Shown: positions 45,923 through 59,500 of the stretch, piece after piece
How the letters are laid out: every line of letters starts with the position of its first letter
Position numbering within the stretch: position 1 is the stretch's first letter
DNA from: Podarcis bocagei
Taxonomy: Eukaryota
Reading direction: 5' to 3' (one strand)
DNA length: 64,000 bases
Assembly (NCBI GenBank): GCA_964188305.1
Contig: OZ076885.1
Translations under genes and position numbers: made by a program
The notes under the pieces: generated by a model
The model's input: the letters and a program-made list of their open reading frames with translations, nothing else
What the model was told of the DNA's origin: nothing
The model's database searches: none

Positions 45923-47545
45923 GTACCATTGAGCGGAAGGGGATCCGTGGCAGGAGACGGTCGACGAAATTGGGCAACAAAAGAGCGAGTAAATCACGGT
46001 GGTGGGACAGGAAGATTTCACACGCATTTCTCTCCCCTCGCAGGGCTCCCTTGTCGTCTGATTGTGAAGCAAGGAGGGCAGCTGTGTGTGTGCCCCGTCC
46101 CCCCGTCCCCCATTCAGAAAAATGAAATCAGTTTTGTGTTATTTCCCCAAGACGTAGCCTTTGCTTTGTTTTCCAGGAGTATATGATGAACCCTTTTGTA
46201 AAATATCGGGTTGCAGATACAACCTAGAGAGATTGTAGGGGTGTGTGTGTCGTTCTCATATATATATATATATAGAGTCTGATAACTTTACCCACAAGTC
46301 AGAAAATAGGTGGCAGAAAATATAACTAGCTGTATTTAAATAGTTTTGAAGTCTGAAGCGTGACTTCTGAGGTGGTTTTTTGTTTGTTTGTGGCAGATGC
46401 TCTGAGGGGACTGAAAAGAACGTGAAAAGGAGGTGTTGCGGTCGGAAATGTCTGAGCGCGAGACTTTGGTCAAGGCTTTTATTACGAACTATTCCCCCCC
46501 AGGACCGTCTCGCCGTGGCGGGAGACGCGCGTGACGCAGCCTCGTGCGTCGTCTCTGTGTCCGTGAGGTTACCGCTCTCGGCCGCGGTGCTGACGAGGGA
46601 GCTCCAGGGTCGCAGGGCTGAAACCCGCACCTTTCTCCTCAGCTCCGGGGAGAGACCATTTTGTCGCCTTCGTTTACACAGGTCCCCGGGGGAGGGGGGA
46701 CGTTGAGTATATATGCACGTTATAGATTAGATAGATAGAAAGATAGATAGATATGGTTGACGAGAGAGAAAGGGGAGGGGGAGCAGCAGCAGCACGAGCT
46801 GCCGGCGAGAGAGCTGCACAAGCGTCCCCTCAGCCGGAGGCGGGCGCTTTGAAACCCTCCCCGTTTCCCGGCGAACTTCCTTCCTTTCTTCCTTCCTTCC
46901 CTCTCCCTCGCTCCCTATTGAAAGAGAGCGCGAAACGGTGGCGGCTGGAGGAGACGCAGGGAGGCCACGGCTGCTCATCCTCGCGCAGCTCCCCGGTGCC
47001 CAAATGTGGGCGACGAGGGCTCTTCCTCCCCAGCCAAAAGGAACCACACTCCTCCGTTCGCCGCCCCATATGCTGGCGGGGAGATGAGCCCCACGTGACG
47101 TGGGGTTGTGGAGGGTGGTGGGACCAGCAGTTGTCTGCTTTCCAGCCTGAAATGGGCGGTGGGGGGGGGAGGCAGGGTGATTTTGAAGAGAGGCAGCGCT
47201 AAGATCCCTTCCCCACCCACCCCTCCCCGCTTCGGGTTGGTGCTTGGCTGCTAATTTGCCCACATCTGGTTCTGTGCTCAGCCCTTCCCCGCCCCCCCCC
47301 GCCGCATAACAGGAGGGTTGCTATGGAGCCAGGAGTGTTTTGACACCACACAAAAACACATTTTGCACCCCCGCCCCGAAGGACTTGGTGCATTTGCCAT
47401 CCACGCTGTTCCTGGCACTTGACAGCGCTAACGTTTTACATCTGCTTCGCTAAGCCTTTCATCCCAGGGACCGGTTGTTTTGCTCGACATGTGGGACTGC
47501 TTTATTTTCCTCGGGAGGTTGGCCTCAGCAGGTTTTAAAATGGAT

Positions 47546-47587
<42 letters not shown>

Positions 47588-50500
47588 CTTGACCATCAAA
47601 TACTGCATACTGGGAAGTTTTGTAGTTGTGAGTAACCGCTGAGGGGTCCTTTCATATTCCCTTGCTAATGAAAGATAAGATATGATATATCCTGCTAATA
47701 TATTTAAGAGGGTATTCTCAGTGGATCTTAGTGCTCACAGGTAAAGGTGGGAGCAAACAGGAGTTAAGAAATGCATCACAACGTTATATTATTATTAATA
47801 CATTAATAAATTGTTATTCATTCATTTCTATATGGATTAATGCCAAAAGAGCATTCTTAGTGGTTTATAAGTATAAAAACCAACTGTGCAATCAATCAAA
47901 TAGAAATATCCATAATTAAAACACACAATGAAACAATCCAGTTAAAAGAATCCACAATTAAAATATTCAATTAAAAAACCACAGTAATTAAAACAGGAGA
48001 CTCTTGAGAGATCAAGGGAATGCTTGTGTAAACAAGCATGTTTCAAAAACCAGTGGAATACCAATACAGATGGGACCTCTTATATTTAAGTAAGGGATGC
48101 ATTTCCTAACACTGGTGCCACCAATGAAAAAGTCTGCTTCCTTGTTACCACAAGCTGATCATCATTAGGCTGTGGCAAGACTGCTGGCTGATCTTAATGC
48201 CCTTACTACGCAATGGAGAGGATTTTGGTTTTTCAGGCATACTGGTCCAGAGTTGTTCAGGTCTTTATATGCAATTAAGAAAACTTCGGAATTGGCTTGG
48301 GGGCTAAGTAGTCAAATGCATTGATTTCAGATTGTAAACCTGACAGGTTACAACACACGCTCAGAATATCAGTTCAGTATTTTCTGGATTTAGTTTGCCA
48401 GTTCACTTACATCCAAGTTCTAGGCATGTTAGAAGCCATGTGGGATCTTATGCAGCTCCTGGATTGGATGAGGAAGAAAGATAAAGTGGGATGGCAACAG
48501 CATATAGAGATCTCACCAAATCTTGTTGTCTTGCTGCTCAGTTGTACCTTATACACACTGAATAAGGGAAGGAAATGGAAGAAATCTGGAACTGGAAGGG
48601 AAGGAACTGGAAGGACCAGAGAGTAAAAGACATACGAAAACTTAGGGAAATAACTTACTGACATCTTCTGGGACTGACTTGCAAAAGGAGATTTCATCAC
48701 CGCTACCACCACCTCCTACATGCTCATATAAAAGGGGCATTTACAGTCTCCGTAACCAACCTAGCAAGCTTATCCAAAAGCTTGTGTGATAAATACCTAC
48801 CAAATTCTAAGTCACATTGCCCATTAATTGTAGATTGAAGGCTGGCTCGTAATTAAACCCCCTTCCCAATTCTCTTCATCTCAATCCCCTCTTCCTCTGG
48901 AACCAGTTTTCAAGAGGTGAAAACTGTCAAGAAAGAAACCCCCCCAGACTAGCAGAGGTACTGTTCCACGGCAGGAACTTTGGGTCCAAATATCAATCTA
49001 CCTGCTCAGGAAATTCAACAACTAAACTCATTCTGCAAATGTAATAAGAAGGCAAGGACACATCTAAAATGTTATTCTCCGTCAATGTAGCATCTAAATC
49101 AGCTTGTATACATACAATTTTTCTTGCAACACATTTAGCAAATGTAGCACAGCAGATAACCAGGGCTGATTTGTTGTCCATTAGAGACCTGGATATAACA
49201 GGCCCATAGCTACCCAGGAAAATTCAGCTGATTGACCACTGTGGATACAGTGGTAATAGATACGGTAAGTAAGATTTTCACATCACCATCACTGCCACAA
49301 AAGAACACAGGCTCTGGTCTGTGTTTGGTCATCCCTACCTCTTCATTGTCTTAAACTCTACAGAATATTAGGGATCAAACCTGAAGAGACAGGGAGACAA
49401 TTGGCAACAATGGGGACTCCTTTTTTTCTTTTTAAGAAAAGAAACTGCTGGAGGGTCACAACTGGGGAGGGAAGGAATAACCTTCCTGTCCCCTGGCTGT
49501 AATTATTTAGATAAAAACAAGAAGCCTAGCTTCTATTATGCATGAAGCATAATGCGCAGCCTGACCATGAACTGTGGCATGTAGGATAGTGTGTCTAGGA
49601 ACAATAGTGTCAACTGCTCATTACTATCTGCTTGCTTTAGAAGTTGAGTAGTAGTTCAGTGGGACAACTTGCAATATTGATTTGAAGGAAATTCCCTGGA
49701 GAGCAGTCAAGAAACCATTAGCCTTTATATAGGCAGATTATCCTAACTACTATTACTCTCTCCCAAGAAGGCTGTATTCACTATAAAGCTAATCACCAGG
49801 TAAGGATTTATCCATGTTGTTGTAACTACATTTCCCATGTATTGATCTCCAGTGTCCTGTCCAGTACAAATCCAAGGTGTGATTTGTAGTATAAGTAGGT
49901 TCTGATCCGTACCAAGAACAGCCCACTCATGCCATTAAGTCACTAAAGAGGTCTCAGCATGGATATCAAGATTATTTCACAAACACTTAATAAAGAACAG
50001 CACCAAATATCACTGAAAGAGGGTCCAGTTTCCAGAAGCATTTTGTTGTTGTTTAGTTAGTCGTGTCCGACTCTTCGTGACCCCATGGGGCACGCCAGGT
50101 ACTCCTGTCTTCCACTGCCTCCTGCAGTTTGGTCAAACTCATGCTGGTAGCTTCGAGAACACTGTCCAACCATCTCGTCCTCTGTCGTCTCCTTCTCCTT
50201 GTGCCCTCAATCTTTCCCAACATCAGGGTCTTTTCCAGGAAGTCTTCTCTTCTCATGAGGTGGCCAAAGTATTGGCGCCTCAGCTTCAAAGTCTGTCCTT
50301 CCAGTGAGCACTCAGGGCTGATTTCTTTAAGAATGGATCAGTTTGATCTTCTTGCAGTCCATGGGACTCTCAAGAGTCTTCCACAAGCATACTACTGTTA
50401 TTTGACAATTGTTCCAATTCATCAGCAAGGCCTCAGCACTTGGTATGATTGCTGTATATTACCTTCAAGTTCAGAGGAAGCATGGCTCTGAAAACTAGTG

Positions 50501-53500
50501 GCTGCTACACCCTCAACTCCTGCCTGTGGGCTTCACAAAGGCATCTGCATGTTAGACTCCTTATATCACCCATGCATTTATTGAAAATATTGACATAAAA
50601 GCCACCCTTTCACATTGTTGGTTGCACAATAGAAAGGGGATAGCTAATTAAATAATCAACTCAAACATTTTGTTTCAATTCTACATCCATGTAGGGAAAT
50701 AAACCATTTACAGTTTATTGGAAGCTACAGGAAGTGGTAGCAAGCAAGTACATGACTCAGTCTGTAATACTGTGTAGCTTTCTTGTTCAAGAGTTTTATG
50801 CAAACCACCACACTTATGCAACTCTGTAAAAGAATTAATAAAACTCTGTTAAGAACGTAAGTGAATAGAATAAAAAATAATAATCTGAAACCTTTGAGCA
50901 ATCACAGCAGCTACTTAAAAGATGCAGTCTGACATGCAGAATGTTCCATGCATCACACCATATGTGAAAGTGGGGGAGGGAGTTGAGTGGTTTTACAATG
51001 AAGGTTCTGTTTGTCAGTAACCTGACTCCAACATTAAGCCAGGCCACAACATCTATGCCTAGCTCTGCTTTGGTTAAAGAGAAACATCTTTCATTTAGAA
51101 GAGCTATAGCTATGCAATGTGTTCTCTGCATTGTTAAGCAAGAAAGCAGAGAATGAATTTCCCACCCCCCAAAAATCTATATATTTGCATGTGAAGTGGT
51201 ATGTGACATTAGCGGGATGGATGGACATAAATTATAAACAGTGTTTTAATGACTGAACAAAGATTAAATGCTTGTATGACATTGGTGAGCGCAGTGAGCA
51301 GGCAATATTTCACAGCACAGCATTTAAACGTCATTGGGATTATTAGGAGGTTTTTAAAAATCATTTGCCAGATTTAGATTTTCTGTTTCGTTTTGGTGAA
51401 GAAAGCCCTTATCTGCAGCACTACTGAGGCCATAGCAGATTGGATCCCTAAATTCTCATGAGAGCAGAACTCTCACAGAATACTCCAGCTGGCACATGCT
51501 GGGTAATGTGATTTTCACTTATTCTGTTCTTTTTCTGCAGCCCTCTGTGCTCTCTGAAAATATGCCTTGGAGGCCTGGGGACCTCCAGGAACAACATGGG
51601 AGGGGGGGGGAGGAATGGGTGAAAATCACCACCTTTCCCTCTGCCTGCAGAAGCTTTCCTTGGTTGAGAGTTCTTTCTATTCATAGAAGGGCAGTTTAAG
51701 ATCCAAGCCGTAGTTCTTGAATGCTGAACATAATTTCCAGATGAATCTCAGAATTCTCAAGCACAACTTTAGTTTTTCTTTCTTTAAATAGACTTTGTTG
51801 CTCAGTTTTGAAATAAAGTGGTTCAGTCACAATTTATTAAACAAAGTATAATCTTTCATCTTTATGTCATATAATCTGCTAGGGAAGGCACTTTCTAAAA
51901 TTCTTCATAGTCCAATGTTTTTCACCAGCTCTTCTTTCATAATTGTCCTCTTGTTGTCTCCAGCTGGCAGAGATTCATTGCTATATGAATAAGCCTTCTT
52001 CCCTCTAAAATTATATATAATTTTGCAATGTATTTAAAAGATTAAAGCTGCTGTAAGGTGGGGACATTTAAGGGCACGTATCCCCCCCCCTCTGGCAATC
52101 AGTATATAGACCATAAATAGATTTTTCCAAGAAATGGGAAAACTAAAAGTATTGCAGAAGAAAGAACTGAACAAAAATGGAATATTTTGCATACTAACAT
52201 GGCTGTTCCTAGAAACAAACCCACTAGTCTGTGTTTTCTTGGAAAGGAGATTGAAATGGTTGTGGTGGATGAGCTGTAGCCGTTATTGGATGGAGCTATT
52301 TTCATCTAATTTCAGTCTGGGTTCAGATATGGATTTGGGACTGAATTGGCCTTGTTTGTCCTGATGTATGACCTTCATTGGGAGAAGGGGAGTATGCTCT
52401 TGCTTCTTCTGCTTGATCTCTCAGCAGTTTTTGATACCATTGGCCACAGTATCCTTCTGGACTGGTTTTGTAGCATGGTGTTGTGGGCACTTAGTAGATC
52501 CCATACTGATTGCAGTGTTGGTACCCGAGAGTAGCTTTGGAGGAGTGCTGTTTGCCCCTCTGCAATTTGTACTATGAGGTTCTGCAGGGCAATATTATTT
52601 CCCAAGGCTGTTTAATATCTATATGAAGGTGTTGGGATTTGGAACAAAGTGTTACCAGTATGCTGAAGACAAATATAGCTATTCCTCTGTTAGATCTGAG
52701 TCAGGAGTACAGGCTCTGCACAGAGCTCAGTGCTAGGCAGGTTGAGGGCCAATAAACCTACGGAGAAATTCAGTACAGTGCTAAGTGGTGTATGCATGTG
52801 GGGAAGGAAGTATATTCTCACAATGGGACTTCCCCCCATCTCTTCTGCCCATGTGCCCCCTAGCATGCCCCCAAACCTGTTCTGCGTTTTTCCCCCAGCC
52901 TTCCAGAGCAGAGCATGGAGGGAGATGGGAGTTCCACGGCATGAGCAGACCTCATTCTGAGCACACAACAACTTAGGTGAATCCATGTTTTAGTTTAAAA
53001 CCCGGCAGTGTGGAAGCCCTTTGGGTGAGTGGTTTCTGTATCTGGGAGATAGGTCAGCACCCTGTTCTAGGTGGGGTTGCATTCCCTCTGAAGGAATATC
53101 TATATCAGGGGTAGGCAACCTAAGGCCCAATCTCCTTCTCAATCCAGCCCACAGACAGTCCGGGAATCAGTGTGTTTTTACATGAGTAGAATGTGCTCTT
53201 TTATTTAAAATGCATCTTTGGGTTATTTGTGGGGCCTGCCTGGTGTTTTTACATGAGTAGAATGTGTACTTTTATTTAAAATGTATCTCTGGGTTAATTG
53301 TGGGGCATAGGAATTCTTTCATATCCTCAAAATATAGTCTGGCCCACCACATGGTCTGAGGGATGGTGGACTGGCCCATGGCTGAAAAAGGTTGCTGACC
53401 CCTGATCTACCGGTGTATAGTCTCCTGTGTCACCTGAAGAGCATGTGGCCTTGTGTCAGCTTTAGTTGATTAGACAGCTATGACTTTTCCTGGCCTAAGA

Positions 53501-56500
53501 AAAGAAGCTTGCCCGCTGTGGTCCTGGCACTGGCAACCTGAAGATGGATTAATGCAGTGCATTTAATGTGGGGCTTCCTTTAAGCTTAGTCCAGAAACTG
53601 CAGCTGGAGCAGAATATTGCAGATAGGTTGTTGACTGGGACAGCCAGTCAGCACCATATGGCACCTGTCCTGAGGGTGCTGCACTGGCTGCCAACTTGCT
53701 ACAGAGCTCACCTCAATGTTTTCCTTTTAGCCTTTGAAGCCCTAAACAGTTTGAGACCAGGTTACCTAAGAGACTCTTTCTCTTCATATATATATCTCTG
53801 CCTGGAAACAGCACTATTCAGTTCTGCACGTCCCAGATGTGTGCTTAGCATACACTAGAAACTGGGCTTTTACAGCTGTAGCTCCAGCCCTCTGGAATAA
53901 TTTACATTTTGAAACACCTAGCATTCTGATATTTAGACAGCCAGTAATGATATTTTTATTTAAGAAGACTTTCATTTACCCTGCCATTTTATGGAATAAT
54001 AACTGTATAATTGTATTACTGGCTTTATAGACTTCCATTTACAGTGGTACCTCGGTTCTGGAACACCTCCATTGTCGTACATTTCGGTTCTTGAACACCA
54101 AAAACCCAGAAGTAAATGCTTCCATTTCTGAACGTTTTTCGGAACCTGAACGTGCAACACAGCTTCTACTGAGTGCAAGAAGCTCTTGTAACCAATGGAA
54201 AGCCGCACCTCGGTTTTTGAATGTTTTGGAAGCTGAACAGGTTTCCAAAATGGATTCCATTTGAGAACCAAGGTACCACTGTATAAAGTTCTTAATCTTT
54301 CATATTTTATACTTTATCTTCCCTTATTGTACACTGCTTTGTTAACTTTTTATTATAAAGTAAAATAAATAAAATGTCACTTCAAATCTTTAAAAACGTG
54401 GGCAAAGTTCCATTTCAGGTTTGTTGGAATTTCTTAACTTTCTGTTCTTATTCCAATCCTAACACACTGTAAAAAATTATTCAGACACATCTAATGTTGA
54501 CTATGTCAAACACTTATAACGTTTATAAATATATATTGTTTGCATGCTCTAACAACACATTCTCCTGAACTCTAATAAACATATTTGACCACTGGGGTGG
54601 TGGAGAGCATTTTCATAAGTTTCACAACTGGGCAAAACAGAAAGCACACATGACCTTTTACTTCAAGTTCTTGAAATTATGTACCATGCCTGAAGCAAAC
54701 ATATTGTTTTTAATTCCCTGGGTCAGAATACAGATTTGTCCATGGCAGAACTTGTAATGTTGCATTATGAAGAGGGAACCATGCCCTGGGGGAATACCCC
54801 TGGGCTCAGATTAAAATCAGATTAAAACCCATTTTGCTTCAGCTCCTTGAGTTTTGCAACAGCAGCTTTTCAGGTGCCAGGGAATCTGGGAAACCAGGCT
54901 ATAATGTAGTTCATTACTTCTAACTGCATAGCCATATGAATATATTTTTTCTTGCTGGTAAGAATGAATAATGTATTCATCTGAAATTTACTTTTCGTTC
55001 ATAGCAGAAGCACGTTCGGGAATATGGAAAAATTTTCAAGTCTCATTTTGGTCCCAAACTAGTTGTATCCATTGCAGATCGAGACATGGTTGCTCAGGTT
55101 CTTCGGGAAGAAGGATCCGCGCCACAACGAGCTGACATGGATTCCTGGCAGGAATACAGGGATCTACGAGGGAGAGCTACAGGACTTATATCTGCGTGAG
55201 TGCAATGGTATTTTTGGCATTACGTTGCCAAACAATGTTTATATCTTTGGGTTTCACACAAAAGACACTGATGATACATTTTAAACTGTTTTTGATTAAT
55301 GCGTTTCTTGAAAGAATGTGCTTGTAGCATGATTATATACCTATGGGGATGAGTGTTGGCAAATGCCTTTAGGGAACATTCAGAGTAATTATTGATGCAA
55401 TGTGCTTATTCCAAAGAAAGCCAATCCCTTTATGACTCACAGACATTCTTCTGCTTTTATCACATGATAACATTGCAGCAGCTAAGTGCTTTATGTAGTA
55501 AGAACTAGGCTGTACATTAGTAAAGGTTAGCAACATCTTAATGCTACAGTTGTATTTCTTTTGTAATGCATGTAATGTAAGTCTAGAGATGGAATGTTCC
55601 ATTTCCCCCATAGTAAATGTGTAAGGTGACAATGTTAGTTAAATTAAAAATAATAATAATTATTGGAATGTTAGTCATTCTCAGAGTAAACCAATAACTT
55701 AAGTCCATCAACGTCGGTATTTGACTAACACAGAATGTCACCCATTTTTAATATGCAGTCAAACCGTTGTATGTTAGGCTTCAATAACCCCACTGTTATA
55801 TATATTTAAAGTCCACTGAAGTGAATGACATTTAATTTGAAATGGCATGGCACAACTGAGAAAGCGAACATTTAATAATTAGACTTAAAGTATAATATCC
55901 ACTTGTATCATCTTGCTTGCAGCATTTTGCTTGCTTAAACGACTTCTTATGTAAATGGGGCTTATTGATCCTCTCCTTCCCACTGCAGCCACCCACATAC
56001 CCCAAGGGCACAGTGGGGTGAAGGAGAAGTGTGACCTCCATCAGGTCCACTAGCTTAACATCAGATCTCCCCTCAATATACTTAAGAGTATAAGGAAGCT
56101 AGCAGGGACTAGATGCATTTCATCGAAAAAGGGGACGGGAAGCAAACTCTGATCAAATTGGTATGAGTGGTATGGGTCACATTCCTCTCAAAACCTCTAA
56201 TTAATTTACATGTGAGTTGTTATGACACCCCATTGCCTAGTTTGATATATATTAATAACAAAATTCAGTAGCACTGATCCAGATATATTCCATTATACAC
56301 AAAGATCTCCGCTGTTCAAACAACAGTGCTAGGCACCTTTTTTTGGAGGAGGGGGAAATGGGGAGGCAGCTGGACTTAATTGTATCCTAACTGATCTGAT
56401 CAGACTGCACAATTTCACATGTGTGAGCACACCTCACCTCTAGGGTGGCCTCTTAGGAATCAGAAAAAGCTATCAAAACAAGAGGACAAAAGAAGACACA

Positions 56501-59500
56501 GGTTTGCATATGCTAAAGCACAAACACACATTTAGAAACAAGTCTCAAATGGAAATATATAATCTCAATATAGTAGCGACAGCTGAGACCAGGTGAACTG
56601 TTTGCCTATTCAGTCTGCTTTTCAAGTGCTAATTGTTGATGGGCAACTTAAAGGGCACTGCTATCTCTTTTTATGGTTATTTATCTTGAAACTGGACTTG
56701 GACCAGTTTGTAAAATATGTAATATATAACCAGTAAGGCAATGTGCTATCTGCTTCTTGTTGAATCTAAATGATTGAATAGTCAGCACACAAATATAATT
56801 CCTGCAACAACACTTTCAAGAATAGACACATTTGGTTAAGGCTTTCTAATGAGAGATGCTCTCTTTTTTACTTATTGACATAAATAATTATTTAGATCAT
56901 TTTAAACTGTTATTTCTTCCAGAGAAGGGGAACAGTGGCTAAAAATGAGGCGTGTACTAAGGCAAAAAATGGTAAAACCCAAAGATGTTGCCGTTTTCTC
57001 AGGAGGAGTTAATGAAGTTGTTGCAGATTTAATTAAGAGAATCCACATTCTCAGAAATCAAGAAGAAGATGGGGAAACAGTGACAAATGTTAACAGCCTT
57101 TTTTTCAAGTATTCAATGGAAGGTGAGATTGATCATTCATTCTTAGAAATTAATGGAAGATGTGGCTGTGTTGGTGTTTCATCAACCATTATTGCTTATT
57201 ATTATTGCTTATTATTATTATTATTATTAATATTATCATCATCATCAACAACAACTGTTCTTGCATTACTCAAGTTGGCAAAAGGAACACACTTATGTTC
57301 TACACAAAGGTACAATGTCTGGATAAGCAGTATTCAGCTATTAAGGAGAACAATATAATTGTCTCACAATACATTCCACAGTACATCACTGGTAGTTGAC
57401 TTTTTTTGCCTGCAAAGTGCACATGTGGTGTTGGATGGCTGCTCACAGACTGCATGGACATGGACAACAGTGGATGGAGCTGGTGTCATTAATAGGCATA
57501 CATTGGTCCACATATATTGCTCATCTGTGCTGCAGATGGATAAAGTTGCACTGACCATTATTCCTCTTCAGTGTAATGTAGTGCATTATTCAGTGTTTGC
57601 ACCATTACACCATATGCTATGTGTATGTTGCCTTACTCCACAAAAAATGCTGTGTGTAAATCAGGGATGGATTTAGGTTTCATGAGGCCCTAAGCTACTG
57701 AAGGTAATGGGGCCCTTTATATGTCCAGCTGTCCTTTGTCAACAACAAATTATTACTGTTTTAGTGTTGAATATATGCTATATGGTCATTTATGGACCTA
57801 ATAGGTATCTAAAGCCATTTGCACGTAACAAAATATGTATTTTATCAAAGTAATTGTTGAACTGAAATACAATTAAGAAGAAGTATATTAATAGTGAATT
57901 ACAATTTCCCCAAGAGAGTGGGGCCCTAAGCTATAGCTTGTTTAGCTTATACGTAAATCCGGCACTGGTGTAAATGTACAGACAATATTATAGCCATGCA
58001 GCTTAATCCCATGGGAGACAATGGGCCTCCCTCCCAGATATGTGCATAGGACTGGGCCTTTGGTTTTTGTTGTGGGGGTGTTTGCTAGCTTTCTTTAGTT
58101 CTGCACTTTGAATTACTTTGGAAAGGAAAAGAATAAATCCCAAGGTATTTTTATTCTGTAGGAGTGGCAACTGTTCTGTATGAGTGCCGCCTGGGGTGCT
58201 TGGAAAACCAGATCCCCCAGAACACTGTGGAATACATTGAAGCTTTGGAGTTGATGTTCAGTAGTTTCAAGACTACCATGTATGCAGGAGCCATTCCCAA
58301 ATGGCTTCGTCCAATTATTCCAAAACCTTGGAGAGAATTCTGTAGATCATGGGATGGACTCTTCAGATTTAGTAAGTTTTTTTTTTTTTTATCATTTTGG
58401 TTTCATAAGTTTGCAGTAATTTGGAGAGCAATGTTTTCCTCTTCCTTAATAAATGTAGCAAGGCATTAGTGCAGTTCAAGGATGTATTCCAGCAAGGCAG
58501 AAGCAGCCAGGGAAGGCGCAGAGCAGGACCAGCAAGGGATGGGGCATGAGAAGAGGGTGTGTGCTCCAGGGAGAGTCTGAGGGGCCAGGCAGAGAGACCT
58601 AGAGGGCTGCATTCGGACCTTGGGGATGAGGTTCACCACGCCTGCTTTAGGCCATTCATCATCTTCCAAACTATGGTTTGGAGACTTTAGAGGAATATCT
58701 CAACTGAGCCTGACTTCTCATTGCACCTTACCTAGAAAGCAAAAAGAAAAGAAAATCTCATATTTCAGCCGTGTTAATAGCCATGCCGCTTCCCCCGCTT
58801 TGAGTATAATTTGCTGTATAACAGAATTTATATGGGGCTGTAGTTATGTGCTTTGCCCAGCAGATCACTTTGTTTAGCAGAGCTAGAACAGTTTTCTAGC
58901 AAGCAATGTGTAATGAGCTTACAAAAAAAACAGCACACAACTCTAAACCTGTTATGAAAGCCCTGTGTTGGTTGCTGTCACCAAATGACAAATGAGAAAT
59001 AACAGTTTGAGAAATGAAATCTCACTGATTAACAAATGCATTCCCCCTTCTTCTTTCTTCATCACAAAGGTCAAATTCATGTCGACAATAAATTACGTGA
59101 TATAAAGTCCCTTTTGGACCAGGGGAAAGAGGTAGATGGTGGACTTCTCACAACTCTGCTTAATAGTAAAGAACTTACAGTGGAAGAAATCTATGCCAAT
59201 ATGACTGAGATGCTTTTGGCAGGAGTTGATACAGTAGGTTTACTGCTATGACTGTTGTTATTACATTATCAATATGATTGCTGTTATTGTTGTTCAGTGG
59301 ACATTTCCTAAATTCCTTATGAGAGAGCGAGGCAGGGGGAGAAAGAGAATCAGGACTGTTTTAGTTTCTCCCTTGTCTGAGTTTCAATCCAGGGTGACAA
59401 TGGGATCAGGACTCACATTAACCCTTCCAATGTGTTGCCTAAGCCTAATGGCTCACCTTGGCTCAAAGCAGGGCTGGCCCTGTCTGGTCAATTTATCTCA

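Noticed and set aside
45563-46186. 207-aa ORF as a single-exon gene
   Set aside because: CYP27C1 exon 1 plus intron read-through; homology stops at IHEIQ|gt.
46585-46632. Possible hammerhead CTGACGA...GAAA
   Set aside because: Stem II does not close onto GAAA and there is no UH cleavage site or stem III.
46256-47393. Several ORFs up to 178 aa in the intronic CpG island
   Set aside because: Low-complexity GC-rich translations without domain features; mostly non-ATG starts.
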